Assembly: GCA_040755995.1 (NCBI GenBank)
Contig: JBFMAF010000049.1
Coordinates: 32,001 to 96,000, forward strand
Reading direction: 5' to 3'
Source of the DNA: Acidobacteriota bacterium
GTDB lineage: Bacteria > Acidobacteriota > CAIWXX01
Length of the DNA: 64,000 nt
Numbering within the stretch: the stretch's first letter is position 1; each line of letters begins with the position of its first letter. The position numbers and the translations under genes were made by a program. Below are positions 26,598-36,383 of the stretch, one piece after another. The notes below the pieces were generated by a model. It saw nothing but the letters and a program-made list of their open reading frames with translations. It did no database searches and was not told the origin of the DNA.

Positions 26598-27833
26598 TCA
26601 GCCTTCGGTGATGACATCGAGGATCTTGATGTCCCGCTTCTCGAGCTCTTTCAGGAATCTGGCATAGAGACCGCCGTAGATGCAATCCTCTGGCGGCACG
26701 ATGCCCTTCTCCTTGATCTCCCCGGCGAGCAACATGCTGGTGGCGATGGCCACGGGGAAGCCGGTCGCCCGCGCCATCGACGAGATGCCCCTCTTGGTAT
26801 CCGCCTCGTCCCACATGAAATACTCGATCTTCATCGGCTTGCCCTGGTGAGTGCCGACGAGCGTGTTGTACATCACGCAGACGTCGGTCTCGCCTTCTCG
26901 CGGCCGGAGCCTCGGCGTGATCCGCGACAGCAGGAACTCCCTGGGCACGATCTTGCGGCCCTTGAACTCCGCGGGCGTTATGTCCAGGAGCCCGCACTCC
27001 TTCAGCGTCTGAACTCCCTGCCAGTGGCCGGGCCACCTGACCGTCTTCTCGGCGAACTCCCTGAGCTGCGTTCGCGAATACATGAAGCTCGGCATCCCCG
27101 GGGTCACGGCGCACTCGAGCTGCTCGTTCTTCCCGAACTTGTCGAACAGGAAAGGCTCTAGCTCGGTCGCCGCATCCACCTCGACCATCTTCCCATCCTT
27201 GATCACGTTGAGCCGGATCATGTACTCGCGCAGCACGTGATCGAAGGCCCACGTGATCATATAGCGCAGCGGGTGGTTCTTCGCGGCCTCCTTCGCGGGA
27301 ATGCCTCCGACGCGCGCCACCGCTTTCACAGGGTTGTCCATCTTTCGCATACCCTCGCCCAGCGTCACGTTGCTGAGACCGGGAGCGAAGCCCATACCGT
27401 CAACGAAGGTCACATCGTTCTTGATGGCGGTCTCATGAATCCAGTCGCCGTACTGATTGAGGGTCATACCCTTCGGCAGCTCGAGCCCCTCGGTCTCGTA
27501 CGCGTCGGGCCGCCGGTGATACTCTTCGAGCATGTCGACGATATCCAGCCCGGCCTCGACCGCGCAGTGCACCAGCTTGTAGCTGGTGTGACGGTCCGGA
27601 AGAGCCAGCGCACCCGCGTCGTACTGCTTCATCAACCGCATCATCCGCGGCTTGTCGTCCACGTCGAGCGCGTGGCAGGCGATCTTGTCGCTGCCGATCC
27701 ACTTCTTCGTCTTGTCGAGCGCAGTCTTGCGCCGGCCGACGATTCCGACCTTCTCAACTCTGGGGTCCTGGGCCAGATCCAACGCCACCGCCGATCCGAC
27801 CTTGCCCGACCCACCGAATACTAGTGCCTTCAC
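26598..27833 (-). CDS. Saccharopine dehydrogenase / lysine 6-dehydrogenase family protein
   Basis: GGSGKVG Rossmann motif, GMGFAPGLSN, VGGIP, YMITWA, EKTVRWPGH, MARATGFP, GIVPPE; RBS AAGGAGG before GTG. Confidence 0.88.
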   Translation of the reverse strand: MKALVFGGSGKVGSAVALDLAQDPRVEKVGIVGRRKTALDKTKKWIGSDKIACHALDVDDKPRMMRLMKQYDAGALALPDRHTSYKLVHCAVEAGLDIVDMLEEYHRRPDAYETEGLELPKGMTLNQYGDWIHETAIKNDVTFVDGMGFAPGLSNVTLGEGMRKMDNPVKAVARVGGIPAKEAAKNHPLRYMITWAFDHVLREYMIRLNVIKDGKMVEVDAATELEPFLFDKFGKNEQLECAVTPGMPSFMYSRTQLREFAEKTVRWPGHWQGVQTLKECGLLDITPAEFKGRKIVPREFLLSRITPRLRPREGETDVCVMYNTLVGTHQGKPMKIEYFMWDEADTKRGISSMARATGFPVAIATSMLLAGEIKEKGIVPPEDCIYGGLYARFLKELEKRDIKILDVITEG

Positions 27834-27932
27834 AGTAGCTCCCTCCTTGCGGCTCAACCCCGCATGAACATGATGTTGAATAATGAATGCATCTCCCGGC
27901 GAAAGCGCGCCCGCTCGCGCCCTCAGCCTTCT

Positions 27933-28661
27933 CTAGAACAACGTCTCTACTTTCTGATACTGCGTATGCACCTTCTCCACCGCCTTCTCAGTGACGGCGA
28001 AGTCGCTGCCTGCGGCCGCCTTCTGGAGCTCCCTGGTGGCCTCGCATAGCGCGGCGAAGCCTTCCTTCAGCGCCGCCTCCTTGGCGACATGTCGCTTCGG
28101 CACCTGAGCGGCCACGAGCGTATCGCATGCCTTGGCCAGGTCCACAGACGCCGCCCGCAACTTGTCAGCCTGCTTCTCGGGCAGGTAGTAGTGATAAATC
28201 TGATAGAGCACCACGTGGTAAGCATCCAGCTCGTCCATGACCGGCCACACTGTGCGCACCAGCCCTTCGTAGCGCGCGTGCAATGTTTCGACTCCATCCA
28301 GCATCGCCTGATTGTTGCCCTCCGCCACGGCCTTGTCGAGCGCGGCGGCAGATGCCGCCAGCGCCGTGACGCCTTCCTGCCACTTGGCCTTCTTGTCGCG
28401 CAGTATGCCCGGCAACTCAACCTTCTCGACCTTCGCCACGTACTCCCTCACCTGGGGCAGCAGTTCCTTGATCAGCGCGTAGTCCTTGTTCGGCCACGCA
28501 TTGTGCCACAGGGGGAAGATGACCTCGTGGAACTCCTCCAGAACCGGAACCTCAGCCTTGAGCTCCGCGCACTGCGCCTCCTCGGCGCTGAGCGCACCGA
28601 CGCCGGGCAATGCCGCAGCCAGGGCGAAGAAAACGAATAGAGCGATCTTGTGCTTCATCAT
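27933..28661 (-). CDS. Hypothetical secreted helical protein with two internal His-bearing repeats
   Basis: Signal peptide (..AALPGVGALSA); repeats LEEFHEVIFPLWH..VETLHARY and LDAYHVVLYQIYH..VEKVHTQY. Confidence 0.7.
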   Translation of the reverse strand: MMKHKIALFVFFALAAALPGVGALSAEEAQCAELKAEVPVLEEFHEVIFPLWHNAWPNKDYALIKELLPQVREYVAKVEKVELPGILRDKKAKWQEGVTALAASAAALDKAVAEGNNQAMLDGVETLHARYEGLVRTVWPVMDELDAYHVVLYQIYHYYLPEKQADKLRAASVDLAKACDTLVAAQVPKRHVAKEAALKEGFAALCEATRELQKAAAGSDFAVTEKAVEKVHTQYQKVETLF

Positions 28662-28740
28662 GCCATCCTCTCTGATATGAAGATCTCCAATCCAATTGCA
28701 GTATTCAGCGGACACCCTCCGCGACCATCCCCGTGCCGGC

Positions 28741-30273
28741 TCACCACGAGCTCTTCAACTCGCCGATCTCGCCTTCGACTGCCCCCAGGATCTCGCACCG
28801 CTCAACTGCCGCGGCCATGTTGTTGTGGTCCGGGAACAGCGGGCGATCCTCGTCGAGGTGCTCCACGACCTTCCTGATCGCTGCGTGAGCAGCCCTAGTC
28901 CCTGCGCCGAACGTGAAGCTGCGGAAATCGAGAGCCTGGGCCGCCGCTATGAGCTCGATTCCGAGAACGCCGTATGCGTTCTTCAATATCTGGCCGGTCT
29001 TCAGCGCCCCGTTCATCCCCATGCTGACGAAGTCCTCCTGGTCGGCGGCGGCCGGGATCGACTGCACGCACGACGGGTTGCTCAGAATACGCTGCTCGAC
29101 GACCAGCATCCCCGCTGTGTACTGGCTCAGCATGTGCCCCGAGTACATCCCGGCACCCTTGGTCAGGAAGGCCGGAAGGCCGACGCTCAGCGCCGGGTTC
29201 AGCAGACGATTCAGACGCCTCTCGGACAGCACGCAGATCATGGTAACTCCGGCGCCGATGAGGTCCAGCGGCATGCTGATAGGGGTGCCCTGGAAGTTCG
29301 CGCCGGTGAGGACCACGTTCCCATCAGGGATGAAGATCGGATTGTCCGCCACCCCGTTCAGCTCGATCTCGAACTGCTTCCGCGCGTAGGCGAGGGCGTC
29401 GCGCAGAGCGCCGATCACCTGGGGCGTCGATCGCAGCGAATAGGCGTCCTGCACCTTGACCTTGAGCTTGCCGGTGAGCAGATCCGATCCGGCCATGACT
29501 GCGCGCAGATTCGACGCGCACGTTACGGCGCCCTTGAACCCGCGGAGCTCGTGGATGCGAAGATCGTAAGGTTTCATGTTGGCTGTGAGTGCTTCCAGGC
29601 TCATCGCCGAGGCGATCTCGGCCTGTTTCAACCAGCGCTCGATATCGTAGAGCTCGAGGCAGCCCATGCCGGTGATCAGGTTCGAGCCGTTGATGGACGC
29701 CAGGCCGTCACGAGCCTGCAGGCCCGGCACCGGGATGCCCGCCTTCTCCATGCCTTTCCTGGTCGGCATGCGCTCGCCGCCGTAGAAGCACTCCCCCTCG
29801 CCCATCAGGCTCAGCGCGATCTGGCTCATGGGCGCGAGGTCGCCGCACGCACCGACGCTTCCCTTCTGGCAGACCACCGGCGTGACGCCCTTGTTCAGCA
29901 TGTCGACATAGGTGAGGGTGATCTCCGGGCGGCAGCCCGAATGCCCCTTGGCGTGCACGTTGATGCGGCTCAGCATCGCCGCGCGAACGTGCTCGATCGG
30001 GCAGGGATCTCCGATGCCCGCGGCGTGGTTGTAGATCAGGTACTTCTGGAACTGCTGCACCTGTTCGTCGGTAAGAACCACGTTGGCCAGCTCGCCGATA
30101 CCGGTGTTCACGCCGTACATGATCTCGTGAGCTACAATCTTCCGCTCCAATACGCCCCGGCATTTCCGGATACGCTCGATGGCCTCCGGCGCCAGCTCCA
30201 CCGGTTCGTTCTGACGAGCCACACGGACTACGTCTTCTATGGTAAGACTTTTTCCGTCGAGCACTATCGGCAT
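28741..30273 (-). CDS. Histidine / aromatic amino acid ammonia-lyase family (MIO enzyme), ACG variant
   Basis: YGVNTG, HAAG, GSVGACGDLAP, INGS, VQDAYSLR..PQV.G, DNP, GANF, QEDFVSMG. hutH is not asserted because the triad and pocket differ. Confidence 0.9.
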   Translation of the reverse strand: MPIVLDGKSLTIEDVVRVARQNEPVELAPEAIERIRKCRGVLERKIVAHEIMYGVNTGIGELANVVLTDEQVQQFQKYLIYNHAAGIGDPCPIEHVRAAMLSRINVHAKGHSGCRPEITLTYVDMLNKGVTPVVCQKGSVGACGDLAPMSQIALSLMGEGECFYGGERMPTRKGMEKAGIPVPGLQARDGLASINGSNLITGMGCLELYDIERWLKQAEIASAMSLEALTANMKPYDLRIHELRGFKGAVTCASNLRAVMAGSDLLTGKLKVKVQDAYSLRSTPQVIGALRDALAYARKQFEIELNGVADNPIFIPDGNVVLTGANFQGTPISMPLDLIGAGVTMICVLSERRLNRLLNPALSVGLPAFLTKGAGMYSGHMLSQYTAGMLVVEQRILSNPSCVQSIPAAADQEDFVSMGMNGALKTGQILKNAYGVLGIELIAAAQALDFRSFTFGAGTRAAHAAIRKVVEHLDEDRPLFPDHNNMAAAVERCEILGAVEGEIGELKSSW

Positions 30274-30397
30274 CGCTTGGTACCTCCTTGCGCCTTCATT
30301 TCACATTGCTCTTGCGCAGGCGGGCACGACCCGCCAAAGCAAACATCTTCTACCGTCGACGGGACCCGTGTCAACACGACCCGAAGCCCAAAACCAA

Positions 30398-30528
30398 GGG
30401 ACAAAGCGAAAGGGGAAAGGCGAAAGGGAGAAGGGATGGGCAACTGGGCGGAAGGAGTAAGACCCAAGGGGAAGGTTAGGAGGAAAGGGGCCGAGGGGAA
30501 AGGGAAAAGGGCGAAGAGCAGGAGGGGC
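30398..30528 (+). repeat. Degenerate purine-rich heptamer tract (GAAAGGG-like)
   Basis: CGAAAGG GGAAAGG CGAAAGG GAGAAGG ... GGAAAGG GAAAAGG; strong strand purine bias. Confidence 0.7.
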
Positions 30529-30557
30529 GCTCCGTAACTGACAACAGGCAACTGTTA

Positions 30558-30585
30558 TTGACAGATCGGAGGACTGCGGTAGAGT
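30558..30585 (+). promoter_or_regulatory. Sigma-70 promoter, probably giving leaderless tsaC mRNA
   Basis: TTGACA-16 bp-TAGAGT; ATG begins 7 nt after the -10 box. Confidence 0.55.
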
Positions 30586-30591
30586 TGTTGC

Positions 30592-31200
30592 ATGGACGTG
30601 ATGCCGGCCGGCGATGACAGGTCGATCGAGGCGGCGGTGAGGGTCATCCGATCTGCTGGTATCGTCGCGGTCCCGACAGACACATTCTACGGGTTGGCGG
30701 CCGACCCGATGAACCCGGTGGCGTTGGAGCGGCTCGTGCGGCTCAAGGGCCGGGACGTGTCGAGAGGAATCCTCATCTTGATCTCCGACCTGAATCAGAT
30801 CACACCGTACGTAGATCGCCTGCCCGTGGGCTTCGAAGGGTGGGGGATCTGGCCCGGTCCCGTGACGCTGCTGCTGGCGGCGCGCCTGGGACTGCCGCCG
30901 CTGCTTACTGGTGGCTCACGGAAGATCGGAGTCCGTCTGCCGGAGGCCGCCATAGTCTCCCGAATCTGCCGGCGGCTGCGCCACGCGATCACCGGGACCA
31001 GCGCGAATCTCTCAGGCGATCCGCCCGCATCGGACCCGTCCGCTCTGGGCCCCATCGCCGGTTCGACAGATCTCGCGCTCGATGGCGGAAGACTTACAGC
31101 CGAGCAGCCATCGACCATCGTCGACCTTACCGGCGCTACACCGGTGCTCGTGAGGCCTGGTGTGGTGCCATTCGAGACCATACTGAAGGAGATTCGATGA
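30592..31200 (+). CDS. tsaC: L-threonylcarbamoyladenylate synthase (TsaC/YrdC)
   Basis: VPTDTFYGLAA, LKGR, WPGPVTL, IGVRLP, GTSANLSG, PSTIVDL, RPG. Confidence 0.9.
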   Translation: MDVMPAGDDRSIEAAVRVIRSAGIVAVPTDTFYGLAADPMNPVALERLVRLKGRDVSRGILILISDLNQITPYVDRLPVGFEGWGIWPGPVTLLLAARLGLPPLLTGGSRKIGVRLPEAAIVSRICRRLRHAITGTSANLSGDPPASDPSALGPIAGSTDLALDGGRLTAEQPSTIVDLTGATPVLVRPGVVPFETILKEIR

Positions 31201-31979
31201 GAGTAGCGCTCGCGCAGATGACCGTGGTGGAAGGCGACATCGACCGCAACCACGGTGTGGCCAGAGAGGCGGTCGCGGAGGCCATTCGTGCGGGGGCTGA
31301 GGTCGTGGCGTTCCCCGAGCTGTTCCTCACGGGCTACGATTGGGGGCAGATCCGCAATGCCAGCCCGGCCTCCACACGGATGGTCGAACGCCACATCCGA
31401 GCCCTTGCCGGGAAGATCACAGTCATCGGGGGCAGCTTCGCAGAAGCACGCCGCGGTGGGATTTGCAATACTACTATCGTAGTAAAGCCGGGCGGGCGCC
31501 GCGCTGCCACATACCGGAAGATGCACCTGTTCAGCATGCTGGGGGAGGACCGTGTGTTCACCGGAGGCGACTCGACGGTGAGCTTCCCGCTCGGCCGCTG
31601 GCGCGCGGGGCTCGCCACCTGCTACGACCTTCGCTTTCCAGAGATGTTCCGGCGGCTCACGTACGCGCACCGGTGCAACGTCGTCTTCGTGCAGTCATCG
31701 TGGCCGATGCCCCGGCAGTCGGCCTGGGACGTGCTGCTGCGGGCCCGCGCAATGGAGGACCAGCTCTACGTGTGCGGAACGAACCGCGTCGGGCCCGGCG
31801 GAAAGCTCGTGTATTTCGGCTCGACGCAGGTCGTCAGCCCGCTCGGCGAGGTGCTCTGCAACAAGGGGCGCACGGAGGGGCTGCTTGTGGCGGACCTGGA
31901 TCTCGACGAGGTTTCGCGCGTACGCCGGCTCATTCCGGCCTTGAAGGAACGACAGCCGCGAGTCTACGGGAAATACTAG
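31197..31979 (+). CDS. Carbon-nitrogen hydrolase (nitrilase / omega-amidase family)
   Basis: FPELF, YRKMHLF, TCYDLRFPE triad, RARAMEDQ; ATGA overlap with tsaC. Confidence 0.92.
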   Translation: MRVALAQMTVVEGDIDRNHGVAREAVAEAIRAGAEVVAFPELFLTGYDWGQIRNASPASTRMVERHIRALAGKITVIGGSFAEARRGGICNTTIVVKPGGRRAATYRKMHLFSMLGEDRVFTGGDSTVSFPLGRWRAGLATCYDLRFPEMFRRLTYAHRCNVVFVQSSWPMPRQSAWDVLLRARAMEDQLYVCGTNRVGPGGKLVYFGSTQVVSPLGEVLCNKGRTEGLLVADLDLDEVSRVRRLIPALKERQPRVYGKY

Positions 31980-31993
31980 CCTCGCTGTCCCCC

Positions 31994-33391
31994 ATGTCTG
32001 ACTACGAGCGCGCGGTATGGGCGCACCGCGAGAAGTGGCGCGGGGACGACGGGCTGTGCGGAGCGCGATCGCCGGGAGAGCTCAGCCTGTGGAGGTCCTC
32101 GCTGTCGGCCACAGCGGAGTTGCAAGCGTGGCTTCGAGACAGCGGCTGCTCCTACGAGCACCTGTCGGCTGCGTTTGTCCTCAGCCCTCCCGCACAGCGC
32201 CTGTTCGTCGCCGCGGCCCGGGCCGGTGCCAGCGCGAGCGAGATGCGCCTGATCTCCACGGCGATGCGGGAGCTGCAGAACAGCGGACGACTGGATCTGT
32301 CGCGTCTCGAGCTCGAACTGAGCTCTGGTCTGAAGGCTCTCCGCAACTGCCTCGACGCCGAGTCGAGCAGGATTGACTCACCAGAGACCCCCGGCAGCCC
32401 GGCCGACGACACGGCAGCGCAGGGGGCAGTTCCGGACCGCGACCGGCGTTCGACGGCATGGCCTCGCTGTGTGCTTGTCGAGCGCGCTGCAGTGGACCGG
32501 ATGTCGGCCGCCGCCATTCCGTTTGGCGCGCGCGAGTTCGACTCGAGGACATGCTTGCCGGCGACACCGATTGCGGCGCAGAAGCGCGAACTGGTGCTGG
32601 CGGTGCAGAAGGGGCCGTTCGTGCGAGCACTACAGCGGGACTACTACCGGGGACGAGATGTGGGGCTGCTGGAGCTCGGCGAGGGTTGTCCGATGGACTG
32701 CGTATACTGTTACTTGCAGACGTATCTGCGGTCGCAGCGCCCGGTGGCGTTCGTGAACTTCGCCGATTGTACCCCGGCGATCATGGGAGCTCCGCACGAT
32801 CTCCTGTGCACCGGGATGCTCTCGGACAGCCTCGTTCTGGACCGATTTCTCCGATTCATCGAGTTTCTGGAGGACTTGCCGGCGGGTCGCGGGCCGTCGG
32901 TGGAAGCGCGCACGAAGTCGCCGGATGTGGGCCACCTGCAGCCCGCGCGCGCGCGTCGTGTGATTCTGAGCTGGTCGCTGTCGCCCGAGGAGATCGTCGC
33001 TCAGTATGAGTTCGGTGCGGCGTCGCTGACGCAGCGTCTCGATGCCGCGCGGCACGCGTGGGGCCTCGGCTATCGGATCGCCTTCCACCTCGATCCGGTT
33101 CTCCTGGTCGACGGTTGGGCTCGATTGTACGCCGGCGTGATCGAGAGGCTCCTGGGGCTGTCGTTCCGCCCGGAGTACGTCACGATCGGATCGCTCAAGC
33201 TGGAGCCGAAGTTGCGCACAGCGATCGGGAGAAGATTCCCGCGCCGCACGGGGTTCCTCCGCGCCCTGGAGCTCTGTGCAGACGGAAAGTACCGCTACGC
33301 CGGCCCCATGCGTGAGGCCATGTACGCGGCGCTCCGCCGCCCGCTCGCGGCGGCCGGTATCCCGATCCTGCTGTCGATGGAGCCCTGCTAG
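31994..33391 (+). CDS. Spore photoproduct lyase-like radical SAM protein with N-terminal extension
   Basis: GCPMDCVYCYLQ, TG.LSDSL, EARTKS, SWSLSP, RL.AA, FHLDP, DGKYRY, LSME. Confidence 0.8.
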   Translation: MSDYERAVWAHREKWRGDDGLCGARSPGELSLWRSSLSATAELQAWLRDSGCSYEHLSAAFVLSPPAQRLFVAAARAGASASEMRLISTAMRELQNSGRLDLSRLELELSSGLKALRNCLDAESSRIDSPETPGSPADDTAAQGAVPDRDRRSTAWPRCVLVERAAVDRMSAAAIPFGAREFDSRTCLPATPIAAQKRELVLAVQKGPFVRALQRDYYRGRDVGLLELGEGCPMDCVYCYLQTYLRSQRPVAFVNFADCTPAIMGAPHDLLCTGMLSDSLVLDRFLRFIEFLEDLPAGRGPSVEARTKSPDVGHLQPARARRVILSWSLSPEEIVAQYEFGAASLTQRLDAARHAWGLGYRIAFHLDPVLLVDGWARLYAGVIERLLGLSFRPEYVTIGSLKLEPKLRTAIGRRFPRRTGFLRALELCADGKYRYAGPMREAMYAALRRPLAAAGIPILLSMEPC

Positions 33392-34551
33392 AAACCTGAT
33401 GCCGCGGCGAAGTCTTTCAGCAGCGTCCGGGCGATGACCAGGCGCTGGATCTCGGATGTGCCCTCGCCGATGGTCATGAGTTTACTATCCCTGTAGTAAC
33501 GCTCCACCGGGTATTCCTTGATGTACCCGTAACCTCCATGGATCTGAACCGCGTCGTTGGAGACGCGCACGGCGGTCTCGCCGGCGAAGAGCTTGGCCAT
33601 GGCCGACTGGCGCGTGGTGCTCCTGCCCGTGTCCTTCCAGGCTGCGGCCCGCATGATCAGCATCCTCGCGGCCTCGACACGCGCGTGCATGTCGGCCAGC
33701 ATGAACTGGATCGCCTGCAGATTGGCGATGGGCGCGCCGAACTGCTCGCGCGTCTTCGCATAGGCCAGGGCGGCTTCGTAGGCCGCGCGGGCGATGCCGA
33801 GCCCGAGGGCGGCGATGCTGATGCGGCCGCCGTCGAGCACCTCGAGGCAATCGCGGAAGCCCTGGCCTTCCTCGCCCACCAGGTTCTCCAGCGGCACGCG
33901 GCAGTTGTCGAAGACGAGCTCGCTGGTGTCCGACGCGCGGTGTCCCAGCTTGTTCTCCTTCTTGCCGGCGTGGAAACCCGGAGTGCCTTTCTCGACGACG
34001 AAGGCCGAGATGCCCCTGTGCCCCCGGCCGGGGGTCGTCACGGCGACGAACACGGCGATCTCTCCGACCGAGCCGTGCGTGATGAATGTCTTGCTGCCGT
34101 TGATGACCCACTCGCCACCATCGCGCACGGCCGTGGTGCGCGTGCCGCCCGCGTCGGACCCCGCGGAGCTCTCGGTGAGGCCCCAAGCGCCGAGCTTTCT
34201 GCCGCTCGCGAGGTCCGGCAGGTATCGCCGCTTCTGCTCATCCGAGCCGAACAGGCACAGGTGGTTCGTGCAGAGCGAATTGTGGGCCGCCACGGTGATC
34301 CCCATCGACGCATCGCCTGCCGAGATTTCTTCGACGATCGTCGCGTAGTCAACGTAGCTCAGGTTCGCTCCGCCGTACTCCTCGGGAACGAGGACGCCGA
34401 GGAACCCGAGGTCGCCCATCTTGCGCACCGTCTCCCACGGGAACTCCTGCTTCTCATCCCACGCCGCCGCCTTCGGTCTTATCTCCTTCTCGACAAACTC
34501 GCGCGCGACGTTGCGCAGGCTCTTGGTCTCTTCAGACAGGCTAAAGTCCAC
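33388..34551 (-). CDS. Acyl-CoA dehydrogenase
   Basis: GAWGLTE..AGSD, NGSKTFIT, KLG.RASDT, GGRISIAA, QIHGGYGY, IGEGTSEIQR. Confidence 0.95.
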   Translation of the reverse strand: MDFSLSEETKSLRNVAREFVEKEIRPKAAAWDEKQEFPWETVRKMGDLGFLGVLVPEEYGGANLSYVDYATIVEEISAGDASMGITVAAHNSLCTNHLCLFGSDEQKRRYLPDLASGRKLGAWGLTESSAGSDAGGTRTTAVRDGGEWVINGSKTFITHGSVGEIAVFVAVTTPGRGHRGISAFVVEKGTPGFHAGKKENKLGHRASDTSELVFDNCRVPLENLVGEEGQGFRDCLEVLDGGRISIAALGLGIARAAYEAALAYAKTREQFGAPIANLQAIQFMLADMHARVEAARMLIMRAAAWKDTGRSTTRQSAMAKLFAGETAVRVSNDAVQIHGGYGYIKEYPVERYYRDSKLMTIGEGTSEIQRLVIARTLLKDFAAASGF

Positions 34552-34823
34552 GGGGCCTCCTTCGATTGCTGCTCGATACGGAATGCGGTGCGACGAATCG
34601 AAGCGCGGGGACCGGCAAGCCAGCGATAATCGCTCGAATGAATCCTCGAATCCCGAGATGAACTCTCAGCATCTGCGCCCCTTTCGTCGCCATAATTACG
34701 ACGACGGAATAAGAGACGCATTCTATTTCGCGTCCCGCAGACCGTCAAGGATGGCGGCCATGCCACCATCCCCGCTTGAGAAGTCCTGACGCGAAGCGCC
34801 GTGCGACAGCGGCCGGGCGCTGC

Positions 34824-35237
34824 CTACTTCACTTTCGTCACGGGCTGGTCTGGATGGGCCGGGTTCGGCATGAGGCGGCCCGAGGTGCAATCGACCAGAA
34901 GGTCCAGCTTCTCCAGGACGGTCTGACCGATGAGGACCTCGTCACCGAGGACGAGGGCCTCTTCGATGGTGTCGCGGCCGCCGATATCTACGACGATCGG
35001 CTCGGTGACATCGACGGGTTCTTTCCGGCCGTCAGCGTACTCAGCGACGCGGCGTCCGCGCGAGGCCAGGCCCAGGCTCGCCATGACCTGCGGCGGGATA
35101 ACGAGGCGAACGGATCCGGTATCAATCAACGCATCCGCGACGATATGACGCACCTTCTCATCAGGTATCTCACGGACCCGAGCTCGAGCCTCGTCAAGAG
35201 CATTGACGAGCCGGACCTTGACACGCACTTCCCCCAT
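34824..35237 (-). CDS. Clan AA aspartic protease (AF_0612-like)
   Basis: MGEVRVKVRLVN, ALIDTGS, YADG, LIGQTVLEKLDL. Confidence 0.85.
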   Translation of the reverse strand: MGEVRVKVRLVNALDEARARVREIPDEKVRHIVADALIDTGSVRLVIPPQVMASLGLASRGRRVAEYADGRKEPVDVTEPIVVDIGGRDTIEEALVLGDEVLIGQTVLEKLDLLVDCTSGRLMPNPAHPDQPVTKVK

Positions 35238-35548
35238 CTGATGCCCCGCCTCCAGTTTGAGTTCTGGTCCGATGCCGCAAGCGAGATCTTGCGGAACCGT
35301 TCCGGCTGCCTGTTCCATGAAACCCTCTATGACCGGTGCTTCTCGAGTTCAATATAGCGGCTTCCGTCTGCTGCGGTCAAGGACGCCATCGGACTGGCCG
35401 ACTGGATGGTCTTTCCCCGCTAGTCCGACTCACTCGAACGCGCGTGGGCGCAGCTCGCGGCAAGTCCGGGCACGCCGGCCAACCCGCACGCGGTTGACGC
35501 AACGGCGTGGGCTATCGGATGATGATGGTGGAGCCGAGGAGGTCCACA

Positions 35549-36373
35549 ATGAGCGCGTTCGATGGCAGAGTCGCGTTGATTACGGGTGCGTCATCAGGGA
35601 TCGGAGCAGCGTTGGCACGAGAGCTCGCCCGTCAGGGAGCCTCGCTGGCGCTGTTGGCACGGCGAACCGACCGCTTGGAGTCGCTGGCGGAGGAGATCCG
35701 GGGCATGGGACGCAGGGCGATCTCCGTCACGTGCGACGTGAGCCGCGACGACGATATCAATCGCGCCGTTGGACTCGTGCTCGCCGATCTCGGCCAGATC
35801 GACGTCGCAGTGGCCAACGCAGGGTTCGGGGTGGTCGGGCGTATCGAACGTCTCGCGGTAGAGGACTTCAAGCGGCAGTTCGAGGTGAACGTGTTCGGTG
35901 TGCTGCGAACCTTGTGGGCAACGCTCCCTGAGCTCAAGCGGCGGCAAGGTACGTTCGTCATGGTCGGCAGCGTGGCCGGCTACCTGCCGGGGCCGCGCAC
36001 GTCAGCCTACGCATCCAGCAAGGCCGCAGTGCACAGCCTGTCCGCGTCGCTCTGCGCCGAGCTCGCCTCGGACGGTGTTGCCGTCGTGCTGATTTCGCCA
36101 GGGTACGTGACGAGTGAGATCCGGCAGGTCGACAACCTGGGCCGGTTTCATGCCGAGGCCCCTGACCCTGTCCCCAGGTGGCTCGCAATGCACGCCGATG
36201 TCGCCGCTAAGAAGATAGCCCGCGGAATCGCGCGCAAGCGCCGCGAGGTCGTGGTCACGCTGCACGGCAAGCTGGCCGTGTTTCTGGCCAGGCACGCATT
36301 CTGGCTCCTGGCTGCCCTCTCTCGTAGCCGTCGCCGGCCGCGGCACGAACCCGGCCGCGCCGACGAGGCGTGA
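35549..36373 (+). CDS. SDR family NAD(P)-dependent oxidoreductase
   Basis: TGASSGIG, NAG, YASSK; RBS GAGGAGG. Confidence 0.93.
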   Translation: MSAFDGRVALITGASSGIGAALARELARQGASLALLARRTDRLESLAEEIRGMGRRAISVTCDVSRDDDINRAVGLVLADLGQIDVAVANAGFGVVGRIERLAVEDFKRQFEVNVFGVLRTLWATLPELKRRQGTFVMVGSVAGYLPGPRTSAYASSKAAVHSLSASLCAELASDGVAVVLISPGYVTSEIRQVDNLGRFHAEAPDPVPRWLAMHADVAAKKIARGIARKRREVVVTLHGKLAVFLARHAFWLLAALSRSRRRPRHEPGRADEA

Positions 36374-36383
36374 CGGCGCGGTC

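Noticed and set aside
31340..31993. N-terminal ORF extensions of the SPL-like gene (similarly for birA, nadC, lolD and the nitrilase)
   Set aside because: They overlap real upstream genes in other frames; starts were reassigned by RBS, overlap and motif position.
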